A DNA stretch of 64,000 bases, taken from contig JBHLLT010000002.1 of the NCBI GenBank assembly GCA_048938855.1, positions 192,001 through 256,000 of the forward strand. Direction: 5' to 3'. Of the stretch, positions 18,690 to 28,806 are shown in pieces. Below the pieces are notes generated by a model. The model ran no database searches. It was not told the origin of the DNA and worked only from the letters and a program-made list of their open reading frames with translations. Every line of letters starts with the position of its first letter. Position 1 is the stretch's first letter. The position numbers were made by a program, and so were the translations under genes. The stretch comes from Promethearchaeota archaeon. Lineage in GTDB: Archaea > Asgardarchaeota > Lokiarchaeia > Sigyniarchaeales > SOKP01.

Positions 18690-20678
18690 ATGAATAATTC
18701 AAATCGATTTGTGTTCGATGCTAATTTTTTCATTTGCATGCTACAAGTTAAAGCTCGAAATATTTTAGAATATTTAAAGAAAGTTGGAGAAGAATTAGGT
18801 TATAATTATTATATTTCTCAGACAGTTTTTAATGAAATTAAAGCACCACATACTTACATGGATAAAATGAAGACTTTCATCAATATCGAAAATATATCAA
18901 ATAGTGAAATTGATAAAATAAAAGAGCAACTTGGCAAATTTAAAGTAAGGTTTCCTGCTCAAGATCCTGACCTCACCCTTGTTTGTGTTGGAAATAACTT
19001 ATTAGAAAAAAGTACAATTTTACCAGTTCATCTGGTTACAGATGACTTTAAATTAGCTAAAAATACTAACTTGCTTTATAAAGGTAAAATAGATATATTA
19101 TCGCTTTCAAGTTTTCTATTAAAAGTACAAAAGTCTACCACTAATTCTCAAATGCGACAATATTTTAAAGAAATATGGAAGAGAAGTCTTAATTACACAC
19201 TATCTTATATGATTGAACGCTCTAAAATATATCCTGCTGAACAAAAGATAACTTGGTTGATTGAAAAAGCAATTGCTGTAACAGAGAGTTCAATTTTAAC
19301 TCAAGATATCGAGCTAGAAAATCCTGATACTGGTGTAAAATTTGAGATTGGTGCTTCAAAATATCTAAATGAAATTGCTAATGCTGAGAAATACATCGCA
19401 AATCAAGAACTTCCTCAAAGTGAACAGAAAAATTTACAAGGGGTTCTAAATTTTCTTGAAAATCTGAAAATCTCAAGAGAGTATGTAATCCGAGCTCGTG
19501 AGGCGATAACTAGAAGTGAACCAAAAGAAGCAATAAAGTTATTAAAAATGGGGAATGGATTTTTAGTATCCTTACTTCAAGTCGCATCAGGCCAGTTAAA
19601 CAATCTGAAAGACTATGAGATTGTGGAACAATTGATTTGCTCTGAAATTAGCAAAGTAGAATTTTTAAGAGCATTTTTATTGGTTTCTTTAGGACGCATT
19701 AATGCTGCAATCGATTCACTTGAAAGAGCAGCATTATTCTCTGTTATAATTCAAAATTATAAAACATGTCTAACTCTAAATTATATTAAAGCATTGATTT
19801 ACTTATTTCATGGTCTTTATAAGAATGCTATAAAACAGTATAATTTTACTGAAGAGCTAGCTGATATTTATAATGATGATAAGTTACGACTTAAATGTTT
19901 AATCGGAAAGGCAATAGCAATTTATATTCAAGGTGAAAATAAGGATACAGCTCTAAATATAATGGAAGAGATATCTAAAATGGACCTAGATAAAAATTTC
20001 CTCGATGCAATAATCGTATTTAGTGAACTTGGTGATTATTTCCTAGCATTAGGTCATTCTCAAATTGCTGCAAATCTTTATAATCAAGCATTAGAAATTT
20101 CTATTGATTATAAATTGTCATATAAAAGTGAAATATTAATAGATAAATTAAAAAGAGCTTATATTGCAACTGTTTTAGTTGGTTATTCTGCGGGAGATAT
20201 GGTTGATAAATTAGACATATTGTTAGATAGAGCCTATGAGATAAAAGATAAAGAAAAATATAATGAACAAATTAAGAAAATTGCTAGTTTTAATATACTC
20301 TTTTATACACCTTTTGAATACATCTCAGGTAGGAAAAAGATAATACCCTTTGCTAATCTACCAAAGGAATTGAAAGAAGATTTTTTGGAGGTTGTTTATT
20401 TTGAGAAAAACTCACAAAAAGAAGGTGAGATTCTATTTATCGTCTCCCATTATGAACTTGGCTTACTTGGAATTAAATTGAAAACAACAGAAAATGTTAC
20501 TGGGATCGCAGAAAATTATACACTGAAAATTAAACCAACTGCTAATGTAAAGATATATGAACCTGAAGAAGAGTTAAGAAACGTGTTCCTTATACGAGCT
20601 ATAATAGAAGTTACAAACCAAAATCAAGTTCAAATTAAATATACACTTCCCAGTTTCTTTAAACAACTAAATTTATGA
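18690..20678 (+). CDS. PIN-domain nuclease fused to TPR repeats
   Basis: N-terminal FVFDANFF...E...DPD...VTDD acidic PIN residues, then TPR-like helices and a beta-rich C-terminus. Confidence 0.75.
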   Translation: MNNSNRFVFDANFFICMLQVKARNILEYLKKVGEELGYNYYISQTVFNEIKAPHTYMDKMKTFINIENISNSEIDKIKEQLGKFKVRFPAQDPDLTLVCVGNNLLEKSTILPVHLVTDDFKLAKNTNLLYKGKIDILSLSSFLLKVQKSTTNSQMRQYFKEIWKRSLNYTLSYMIERSKIYPAEQKITWLIEKAIAVTESSILTQDIELENPDTGVKFEIGASKYLNEIANAEKYIANQELPQSEQKNLQGVLNFLENLKISREYVIRAREAITRSEPKEAIKLLKMGNGFLVSLLQVASGQLNNLKDYEIVEQLICSEISKVEFLRAFLLVSLGRINAAIDSLERAALFSVIIQNYKTCLTLNYIKALIYLFHGLYKNAIKQYNFTEELADIYNDDKLRLKCLIGKAIAIYIQGENKDTALNIMEEISKMDLDKNFLDAIIVFSELGDYFLALGHSQIAANLYNQALEISIDYKLSYKSEILIDKLKRAYIATVLVGYSAGDMVDKLDILLDRAYEIKDKEKYNEQIKKIASFNILFYTPFEYISGRKKIIPFANLPKELKEDFLEVVYFEKNSQKEGEILFIVSHYELGLLGIKLKTTENVTGIAENYTLKIKPTANVKIYEPEEELRNVFLIRAIIEVTNQNQVQIKYTLPSFFKQLNL

Positions 20679-20708
20679 ATAAAAAACGTAATATTGAATG
20701 AAAAGGTA

Positions 20709-20981
20709 TCAATATTTTCTGAGACTCTTATCTCGTTGGCTTATTTGATGGCCATGAATAGCACAGCTTATACAATAATATTTTGTTTTACTTGGAGCTT
20801 GGATAATTGTACCTGCTTTTTTTAATTCAGTATACATTCGACCATCAACAAGAGGAACTCTTCTTGTTACTGCTTTTGCCTTACTCCTAGCGACAAATCT
20901 TCCACATTTACTGCATTGAACCCTTGCATAATGTCCTTTACTAGAACCGCTTCTTCCGCCACTTTTTCTTTTTTTTGGAAT
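20709..20981 (-). CDS. rps26e: 30S ribosomal protein S26e (ATT start)
   Basis: Not in the ORF track. Hand translation (M)PKKRKSGGRSGSSKGHYARVQCSKCGRFVARSKAKAVTRRVPLVD...YYCISCAIH...RKY-stop; S26e CxxC...CxxC zinc motif. Confidence 0.92.
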   Translation of the reverse strand: MPKKRKSGGRSGSSKGHYARVQCSKCGRFVARSKAKAVTRRVPLVDGRMYTELKKAGTIIQAPSKTKYYCISCAIHGHQISQRDKSLRKY

Positions 20982-21135
20982 AAAAATCAGCTACTTTTAG
21001 TTTTTTCTTATGTATCTTTTCTCTATATTCTAATTGAATTATATAAAACTTAAAAAATTTATCCTTTAGCTTGATAAAGTACAAAATTAACATTGAAAAT
21101 AGTTATTTAAAGAGTTAAAAACAAATAAAAATCAC

Positions 21136-21837
21136 TTAACTTTGCTTTCTTAAAATCTTAAAAGTATAACTTAATCGTTGAATAACTGTAAAAATTAAAG
21201 TTAGAGTATAAATTATTATACTAATAAGAAATACTGGGGTAACAGGAACTCTTGTAATAAATGGAACATATATCGTAAAAGGATCACCGAAAATAAGGAA
21301 TGTAATAAAATATATTATTAATTCTATAATTATTGTAAAAAGTAGGAAAAGAATTCGTTCAGCTCGTTCCATAAATCCAATACCTTTCATATTAACACCT
21401 TCATTTTCTGCTCTTGAACGTATGTATGAAATCATGATAACTAAAAATAATACTATATATCCTAATAAAAAATCTAATAAGCGTCCATAAATTAAAGCCA
21501 AGATTAGAATTGCGTCAGAGAGTCTATCTAAATTTGAATCCAAAAATGCCCCCGCTTGTGTCTCTTTATTTGTTCTTCTTGCAACTTCTCCATCAAATAA
21601 ATCAAAAGCACCAGCTAATCCTAAAAGAGCTGGAATTATCCATGAAAACCAAATTGAAAAATATAATCCAAAAAATCCAATCAATATAGAAGCAATTATA
21701 GAGAACGTAAAACCTAAATAAGAAATTTTGTTGGGGGTCACATTATGTTTTATTAGAAATTCTACTGGTAAATTTATATATCTCTTAGAAATTTCCTTCT
21801 GTTTAGACCTTTTATTTGTTTCCTCTTTTTCGTTCAA
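21136..21837 (-). CDS. CDP-alcohol phosphatidyltransferase (archaetidylinositol-phosphate synthase-like)
   Basis: TPN motif, DLFDGEVAR...GAFLDSNLDRLSD signature, SYIRSRAE, GFMERAER. Confidence 0.9.
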   Translation of the reverse strand: MNEKEETNKRSKQKEISKRYINLPVEFLIKHNVTPNKISYLGFTFSIIASILIGFFGLYFSIWFSWIIPALLGLAGAFDLFDGEVARRTNKETQAGAFLDSNLDRLSDAILILALIYGRLLDFLLGYIVLFLVIMISYIRSRAENEGVNMKGIGFMERAERILFLLFTIIIELIIYFITFLIFGDPFTIYVPFITRVPVTPVFLISIIIYTLTLIFTVIQRLSYTFKILRKQS

Positions 21838-21908
21838 ATCTTAAATGCTTCCCAATTTCTCATTATTTCGATTAATATTTTTAAAATTACTTTATAATAA
21901 AAAATTTA

Positions 21909-22502
21909 TTAAAATCCCAAAATATATAACTTCAATAATCTTATAATCGAAGAAGCTAGATATGATTGATCTCCAAAACTTAATCTAGAAACTTTCAGTT
22001 CTAGTAATTCCTCTGAATTAAGAAATTCATCTTCTTGACTTCCTATGATGAAAACTATCTTTTCTTGTTTTTTAATAATACTAAATTGTGTAAAAAAATC
22101 TTTTCCTTGTTCCTGAAGTATGTATATATTATAGTTTAATTTTTTGAAATGTTTTATAGCGTCTAAAATATCCATACTTGATTTTTCTAACGTGTTTAGT
22201 GGGTTTAAAGGTTGAGCTTTTTTATAGAGAGATTGAATAACCCTAGCAAAATTATCTGTGAAGAGCAATTCGTTTTTTGGGAAAGTTTTATAATTAAAAT
22301 AATCTGAAGAAAAAATAAAGGTGCCATAATGATCTAGAAATACCCAAATTTGAACATTCTTCTCAAAATGATTATTTCTTATTAATGCTGCCAAAATACA
22401 TCGTGATATAACATCCAACCTTCCTGAGGACCCTGGAATATCTTTTATGTTATACTTATCTACTTTTACAGTTTTAGACTTGATAAAGAAGATAATAGTC
22501 AT
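21909..22502 (-). CDS. trmY: tRNA (pseudouridine54-N1)-methyltransferase, SPOUT family
   Basis: DIPGSSGRLDVISRC motif; C-terminal FIIG...LSFG...YLAS knot. Confidence 0.85.
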   Translation of the reverse strand: MTIIFFIKSKTVKVDKYNIKDIPGSSGRLDVISRCILAALIRNNHFEKNVQIWVFLDHYGTFIFSSDYFNYKTFPKNELLFTDNFARVIQSLYKKAQPLNPLNTLEKSSMDILDAIKHFKKLNYNIYILQEQGKDFFTQFSIIKKQEKIVFIIGSQEDEFLNSEELLELKVSRLSFGDQSYLASSIIRLLKLYILGF

Positions 22503-22623
22503 AAAATTAGTATTGTATATAAAATATATATATAGAAAATGGTTTTTTAAATAAATATATTATATTAAGATTTAATAATTATATAATCCATCTATTCATA
22601 ATTGAAGATAATTAGGTTAAAGC

Positions 22624-23559
22624 ATGGATGAAATTGATATTTCTCTTTCATTACTTCTAATGGTTAATTCCAGAATTACCTATAAAGAATTAGCTGAAAC
22701 GTTCAATATGAGTGTGAATTCTATTCATAAAAGAATAAAATCTTTAGTAGATCTTGGAGTAATACAAGGTTTTAAATCAAAATTAGGATTCACAAATTTT
22801 CCTGGGATGACAAATATTATCATTTTTGGTTTTTCAAATATAAAACAAAAAAAACTATTAATAAACAAACTAGGAAATAATGAATTTATTTATAATGTGA
22901 CACAATGTAGTGGTAATGCGGTATATATTAATGCATATTTAAGGAATATTAGTGAATTAGACGCTTTAGTGTCATTTATTCGAAAGACGGGAAATCTTAC
23001 CGATTTAATTATCGGTATTGATAAAAGAATGCCCCCTATTAATGTTGAAGAATTGAATTTTAAACCTCCAACTGATTTAGATTATCTAATTATTAATTCA
23101 TTAAAAGACAATTCTAGAAAATCAATTTCTGATATTGCTATTGAAGTGGGAGCTTCCACTAAAACAATAAGAAGAAGGCTGGATCGCTTAACAGAAAATT
23201 ATCTTATTCAATTTCAAATAGATTGGTATCCTGACAAAACTGGAATAATAAATACCATGATAAATTTAGAATTAGATTCTAATGCAATTATTGATGATAG
23301 AGAATTTGAAAATAGATTAAAACAAAAATTAGGTTCAAATATTCTCTTTACTTGGTCATTTAGTAACCTTCCTAATTTTAAACTCATTTTTATATGGACA
23401 AAATCCATGAAGGAACTTCAAGATTTACAATCTTTACTCTCTTTTGAAAATTATAAAAAATTTGATTTGAATATTTTAATTGGAGGAAAAATGTTTCCAA
23501 CTTGGATAGATACCTTTTTAGAAGATAAAGTTAATGAAATAAAAACTAAATCACTATAA
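22624..23559 (+). CDS. Tandem Lrp/AsnC-type wHTH transcriptional regulator
   Basis: Two HTH units (NSRITYKELAETFNMSVNSIHKRIKSL; NSRKSISDIAIEVGASTKTIRRRLDRL), each followed by a RAM-like domain. Confidence 0.85.
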   Translation: MDEIDISLSLLLMVNSRITYKELAETFNMSVNSIHKRIKSLVDLGVIQGFKSKLGFTNFPGMTNIIIFGFSNIKQKKLLINKLGNNEFIYNVTQCSGNAVYINAYLRNISELDALVSFIRKTGNLTDLIIGIDKRMPPINVEELNFKPPTDLDYLIINSLKDNSRKSISDIAIEVGASTKTIRRRLDRLTENYLIQFQIDWYPDKTGIINTMINLELDSNAIIDDREFENRLKQKLGSNILFTWSFSNLPNFKLIFIWTKSMKELQDLQSLLSFENYKKFDLNILIGGKMFPTWIDTFLEDKVNEIKTKSL

Positions 23560-23904
23560 TTGATAGTTTTATTATATAGTTTTTTTCCACCAACTATATT
23601 AATAATGGGAATTCAAATTAAAGAATTGATTTATATATTATTTCTTAATTTTTTGAATAAAATTTAAGATAACTCAATATGGAAAATAAACTTAAAAAAA
23701 CAAGGTTTTTCAAAGTATAATTTATCACCCATGTGGGTTAAAAATGTCCCAATTTTCTTATACTTTTTTCCCTTTTTTGATAGACTTACTTAGCATTAAT
23801 TTTATATACGAATTTAAACAATTCAATATCAAATATTGGACTAAGAATGTTTTATAATATTCTAAAAATTAAAAATGGTAACAACAACATAAATGTGAAG
23901 AATA

Positions 23905-24729
23905 ATGGAAGAAATGAAAAATAGAATTAAACCATATGAAAAACCTGAAAATATACGCTATCCAAATAGTGAAATATCAGTTGAAGTTAAGGATCTTAAG
24001 AAATATTATAGCGGGAAGAAAGGCTATGACGATGTGAAGGCGGTTGATGGAATTTCATTTCAAGTTAAGTCTGGGGAACTCTTTGGTTTTTTAGGACCAA
24101 ATGGCGCAGGAAAAACTACAACTATTCAAATGTTGATTGGATTACTTAAACCAACTGGTGGAACCGCTTTAGTAAATGGTTATGACATTCATGAAGATCT
24201 ACCAAATATTAAAGAACTAATTGGAGTTTGCCCGCAAGAACCTGCAGTTTTTAAACAACTGTCTGGCAAGGAAAATATTGCACTGTTCGGAAATCTTCAT
24301 TTAATGCCCAAAGATGAAATAAAAAAAAGAATGGAATTACTTTTAAAGACTCTTGATCTTGCAAAAGCTAGTAAGAGAATGGCTAAAGGTTATAGTGGTG
24401 GTATGCTTCGCCAATTAAATTTGATTATAGCATTGATTCATGATCCAATGATATTATTTTTAGACGAACCGACTGTTGGTATGGATCCAAGAGTTCGAAG
24501 AAAAACATGGGAATTTATTGGAAGTCTTAAGCAAGTTAATAAAACAATATTCTTAACTACTCATTATATTGAGGAAGCAGAAGCATTATGTGATAGAGTT
24601 GCTATTATTGATTATGGGGTACTATTGGATATTGGTACTCCGAAAGAATTAATGGAAAAATATAAAACAGATAATTTAGAGGGCGTTTTTATGAAAATTA
24701 CAGGTAGAAGAATTATGGAGGGGATGTAA
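23905..24729 (+). CDS. ABC-2 type exporter ATP-binding protein
   Basis: GPNGAGKT, YSGGM, LFLDEPT, TTHY. Confidence 0.92.
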   Translation: MEEMKNRIKPYEKPENIRYPNSEISVEVKDLKKYYSGKKGYDDVKAVDGISFQVKSGELFGFLGPNGAGKTTTIQMLIGLLKPTGGTALVNGYDIHEDLPNIKELIGVCPQEPAVFKQLSGKENIALFGNLHLMPKDEIKKRMELLLKTLDLAKASKRMAKGYSGGMLRQLNLIIALIHDPMILFLDEPTVGMDPRVRRKTWEFIGSLKQVNKTIFLTTHYIEEAEALCDRVAIIDYGVLLDIGTPKELMEKYKTDNLEGVFMKITGRRIMEGM

Positions 24730-25470
24730 ATGAAAGCGCAACGACTTTTAGCTTTACTAAAAATGGAATTGAAAAAAACAATTCGAGAACCAGCATATTT
24801 ATTTTTAATGCTTTTATTTCCAGCAGTACTTACATTAGCTTTTGGTTTCGCTTTCAGTGATGCTTCGCTTGGAATTAGTTTTGATGCAATGGCACCGGGA
24901 TTATTTGCATATGCTTGCATTTTTATAATCATGACAGTCGCTCAATCCTTTAGTGATATTAGAGAACAAGGCTTGTTAAGAAGGTTAAATTCAACCCCTA
25001 TGACTTCTGGAGATTTCATGGGAAGCCAAATTATTTCAAATATGATAATAACAATGTTGCAAGTGCTTATAGTTTTCCTTCTAGCATTACCTTTTGGATT
25101 CAGTCCTAACACTAATATAGGAGGAATTTTACTCGCTTTTCTATTAATGGCGATTTTCTCTTTGAGCTCCGTAGGATTAGGTCTTATAACAGCTACAATC
25201 GCAAAAAGCTCCGGAACGGCAACTGGATTATCATTTATATTTATTCTGCCTCAGATGTTTTTTGGCACATTTATACCTCTTACTAACACTACTAGAATCA
25301 TTGCAATGGTACTTCCAAGCTACTATGCGACAGATGCAATTTCTTCAATATATAGTGGAGCTTCTTTGTTAAGTAGCAATATATTAATTGATTTTGCTTT
25401 TATTTCGATAGTAAGCATCTTAATAATATTAGTAGGTATATTTGTATTCAAAAAGTATGGAAATAAATAA
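24730..25470 (+). CDS. ABC-2 type exporter permease
   Basis: About 6 TM, REQGLLRRL motif; abuts the ATPase stop codon. Confidence 0.88.
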   Translation: MKAQRLLALLKMELKKTIREPAYLFLMLLFPAVLTLAFGFAFSDASLGISFDAMAPGLFAYACIFIIMTVAQSFSDIREQGLLRRLNSTPMTSGDFMGSQIISNMIITMLQVLIVFLLALPFGFSPNTNIGGILLAFLLMAIFSLSSVGLGLITATIAKSSGTATGLSFIFILPQMFFGTFIPLTNTTRIIAMVLPSYYATDAISSIYSGASLLSSNILIDFAFISIVSILIILVGIFVFKKYGNK

Positions 25471-25494
25471 ACACTAACTCTTTTTTTTTATTAA

Positions 25495-26511
25495 TCATTC
25501 TAAATTTAATGAATTAGAATTAGAAATCTTTATTGAAATCCTTCTTTTATATTTAGTGATCAAATAGAATGTAAAAGACATAACACCAATAGTTAAAACA
25601 GTACCAGTAATAGCAGCCCCATAATCATTTGTAATCCAACTTAGTAAAGGTATCCATGGAGAAACTAAATTATCAAGCCATGATTCACCATTATGGTCGA
25701 TTAATACGCGTTCTAATCCATCAGGGTTGTTCGATAAAAATCCTAATGTAAATCCTACGGCAATCATCAATAGTAATGTTCCCGTTACAACAATAACTGA
25801 AGTTATCGGTCTTTTATATTTACTAATATTAAGATTTATCGTTTTGTTTAACATTAATGGCTCAGTTGTAATAAAATTAGGTTTTACTTTATATATATAG
25901 AATATTATCAAACCAGAGATTATTGCTTCTCCAACACCAATTAAAAGATGCCAATAAACCATTGCTGGGATCGCAATTTCAATAGGAACTGCTCCAGCAA
26001 GAGATAATTCAATGCCACACATAAATGCTGCTAATACAATGGCAATATAAGATCCTAATGCGGTACTAATTGAAACTTTAATCTCTTTCTTAAGTGATGT
26101 TTTATTAAGCATTTTTACTATAAATAAAACGATATAAAATCCAATAATTCCTCCAATTATCCCCATATTAAAAGCATTTGCTCCTAAAGCTAAAATTCCC
26201 CCATCTCCGAATAGACTTTGTACTAATAAAACTAAAAAAAGAATCATTACCGAAGCCCATGGACCTAAGATGACAGCAATTAGAGTACCGCCAACTAAAT
26301 GACCTGAGGTTCCTCCTGGAACAGGATAATTCACAAATTGAAAAGCAAATATAACCGCAGCTAAAACTCCTATATATGGAATCAATTTATCGGAATCTTC
26401 TTTTTCAAATCTTTTTCCCATCTTGAAATATCCAAGAATCATAACTATAATAACTACTATCCATAAGCCAATAATAGTAATGGGATCCAATACACCATCT
26501 GGTATATGCAT
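25495..26511 (-). CDS. cbiM: Co/Ni ECF transporter S component CbiM/NikM fused to a PDGLE (NikN-like) domain
   Basis: N-terminal MHIPDG metal-binding motif, GTSGHLVG, GDGGILALGAN, C-terminal NPDGLERV. Confidence 0.9.
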   Translation of the reverse strand: MHIPDGVLDPITIIGLWIVVIIVMILGYFKMGKRFEKEDSDKLIPYIGVLAAVIFAFQFVNYPVPGGTSGHLVGGTLIAVILGPWASVMILFLVLLVQSLFGDGGILALGANAFNMGIIGGIIGFYIVLFIVKMLNKTSLKKEIKVSISTALGSYIAIVLAAFMCGIELSLAGAVPIEIAIPAMVYWHLLIGVGEAIISGLIIFYIYKVKPNFITTEPLMLNKTINLNISKYKRPITSVIVVTGTLLLMIAVGFTLGFLSNNPDGLERVLIDHNGESWLDNLVSPWIPLLSWITNDYGAAITGTVLTIGVMSFTFYLITKYKRRISIKISNSNSLNLE

Positions 26512-26575
26512 TTTTAATACACAAGGGTTAATTTTTTTTATAATGAATAATTAGAATGTTACTAATTTATAGCAG

Positions 26576-26622
26576 AGTATGAAAAGTAATAAATGTTGCT
26601 ATTTCAAATTTTAGTATGAAAA
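26576..26622. promoter_or_regulatory. Direct repeat AGTATGAAAA x2 in the divergent cbiM/cbiQ intergenic region (candidate metal-regulator site)
   Basis: Copies at 26576-26585 and 26613-26622; GTATGA equals the E. coli NikR half-site. Confidence 0.3.
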
Positions 26623-26649
26623 CTATCAAATTTTCGTGGAGATAAGCGT

Positions 26650-27453
26650 TTGAAAACTACTTTACCTTTTAGACATGAGAATGAAAAATTATACTTAGCA
26701 AAAGTACATCCATTAATTCGTTTTATATTACCCTTTATATTGGTGATACCTTTTTTAGTTTTAGAAAATATTTACCTGATAATTACAATTATTCTAATTA
26801 CCTTAATTGTTGATTTACTGCTTAGAATTAATATTCTACAGATATTTTCTAGATTAAAATTAGTTATTCCTTTTGTTTTTATAATTACAATCTTTATACC
26901 TTTTTATTTCGGAGAAACTGTTTTGATTAACCTCAACATTGGAATTAGCATACCAATTTATAAAGAGGGTTTTTTCCTCGCATCCCTTATTTTTTTAAGA
27001 GTTTTTACCTCGATATTTGTATTTATGTCTTTTTTTTCATCATTAACTTATTCTGAATTTATAAATGCTTTAACAAAGTTGAGAATCCCTTCATTTCTAA
27101 TTGGATCTTTGATAATTATGTTACATTACATCCCGATCTTAGCAAGTTCTAATATTAAAATAGTAGAATCCCAAGAAATGAGGGGTAAAAAGATAACCAC
27201 ATATTGGCAAAAACTCAAGACTCACGGTTTCATAATGGGAAAAAGTATCATAATAAATATGGAAAGAAGTGAAAAACTATATGATAGTTTAAAGTTACGC
27301 GGATTTTCAGGCAAGATTACATTTGCTCCAAGAAAAATCAAAATATTAGATATAGTATTAATGATTTTATTTATTCTAATGCAATCTTATTTTATTTTAA
27401 TAATAAATTTACAATCAATTTATGAATGGGTGTTTGGACTATTTATGCTGTAG
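26650..27453 (+). CDS. cbiQ: ECF transporter T component (CbiQ/NikQ)
   Basis: TM helices plus EMRG and KLRGF arginine motifs. Confidence 0.88.
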   Translation: MKTTLPFRHENEKLYLAKVHPLIRFILPFILVIPFLVLENIYLIITIILITLIVDLLLRINILQIFSRLKLVIPFVFIITIFIPFYFGETVLINLNIGISIPIYKEGFFLASLIFLRVFTSIFVFMSFFSSLTYSEFINALTKLRIPSFLIGSLIIMLHYIPILASSNIKIVESQEMRGKKITTYWQKLKTHGFIMGKSIIINMERSEKLYDSLKLRGFSGKITFAPRKIKILDIVLMILFILMQSYFILIINLQSIYEWVFGLFML

Positions 27454-28193
27454 AAGTAGATAATCTGAATTTTAGTTATAATGCTGGATTCGAAATCCAA
27501 GATATATCCTTTAAATTAAAGAAAAATACCATAACTGCCTTAACGGGAAATAATGGATCTGGTAAAACTACTTTATTAAGGTTATTAGTTGGGTTATTAA
27601 AGCCAAAATCAGGTCTTATAAAAATTTTTAGTGAGACTCTTTCAAGAAATAAGCAAAAACTATGGGAGATTAGAAAAGGAATAGGATTTTTATTTCAAAA
27701 TCCTGATAATCAATTATTTGCACCTACAATCGAAGAAGATATAAGTTTTGGTGCAAGGAATTTGAAGTTAGATGAGAATGAAGTCGCATTAAGAGTGAAC
27801 TGGGCCTTAGAAGCGGTAGGGTTATCTCAATTCAGGAGTTATTCACCATTCAATCTTTCTTGGGGTCAAAAAAAAAGAGCGGCCTTAGCTGGTTTGTTAG
27901 TAATGGAACCCAAATTATTAATTTTGGATGAGCCTTTTGCAAATTTAGACTTTAAATCAATATTCAACCATCTTAAAATCCTAGAAAAGTTAAGAAAGGA
28001 AAATGATATAACCATATTCTATACTACCCATAATTTATTTTTTGTAGAACACTGGGCTAATGAACTCATTGTGCTAGATAATGGAAAAATTATATTTGAG
28101 GGAAATCCCAGTAAAGGATTACAAGATTTAAGTGTACGAAACGTACTTGGTTCATATAACGATATTCTTTCATTGATAAACAAGAGTTATTAG
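27426..28193 (+). CDS. cbiO: ECF transporter ATPase (CbiO/NikO)
   Basis: GNNGSGKT, FQNPDNQLF, LSWGQKKR, ILDEP. Confidence 0.9.
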   Translation: MGVWTIYAVEVDNLNFSYNAGFEIQDISFKLKKNTITALTGNNGSGKTTLLRLLVGLLKPKSGLIKIFSETLSRNKQKLWEIRKGIGFLFQNPDNQLFAPTIEEDISFGARNLKLDENEVALRVNWALEAVGLSQFRSYSPFNLSWGQKKRAALAGLLVMEPKLLILDEPFANLDFKSIFNHLKILEKLRKENDITIFYTTHNLFFVEHWANELIVLDNGKIIFEGNPSKGLQDLSVRNVLGSYNDILSLINKSY

Positions 28194-28264
28194 TATATTT
28201 ATACAATAATTTTTCTATTAAATTAATTTTAAATTTATATAATTTATTTTCTAATAAACTTCTG

Positions 28265-28771
28265 GTGATCAATATTCACTTAGTCCTAACTTTTTTTCAT
28301 CAAATTAATGGCCCAAGTGTTTTATTATCTTACCCAGATGAAAAATTAGAAGAAAATCTCATCAACAAGTTAAAGAAATTTTTTGATTTAGATATTGATG
28401 AAACGTTTTTTGAAATAATATTAATAACTAAAAAAAAGAAAATAATTAATTTTAGTTTTGAGATCCCGTCGGAGTGGGCTCGAGGTAAAAAAGAATTTGT
28501 TATGCTCTCTTTAATAATGAAAAGAGAATATAAAAGTGAAGATCTTTACGCGTTCTTGGTCGATTCATGTTATAAAATCATAAATACTAAGAATGTATAT
28601 AAAGCACTCTATAAAAATTCAGATTTCCATTATAATGACATAGAAATTGATCTAAACTTTGAGATAATCAGAAAAATACTATTTAATTGTTTAAATAATT
28701 TGATATTAAGGATTGAAGATAAGATTAAAGGTGTAGATAAAAAAGAACCTTTTCCGTTTTCTAAAAAATAG
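28265..28771 (+). CDS. Longin/uDENN-like domain protein (folliculin/NPRL2/SMCR8-like)
   Basis: N-terminal LTFFHQINGPSVLLSYP (F..xGP.+..xP) and FSFEIPSEWARGKKEFVMLSLI (ARG hairpin as in the folliculin/SMCR8 longin). Confidence 0.6.
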   Translation: MINIHLVLTFFHQINGPSVLLSYPDEKLEENLINKLKKFFDLDIDETFFEIILITKKKKIINFSFEIPSEWARGKKEFVMLSLIMKREYKSEDLYAFLVDSCYKIINTKNVYKALYKNSDFHYNDIEIDLNFEIIRKILFNCLNNLILRIEDKIKGVDKKEPFPFSKK

Positions 28772-28806
28772 AAATTTTTATAATTTCATTATTCTATTTA
28801 TATATT

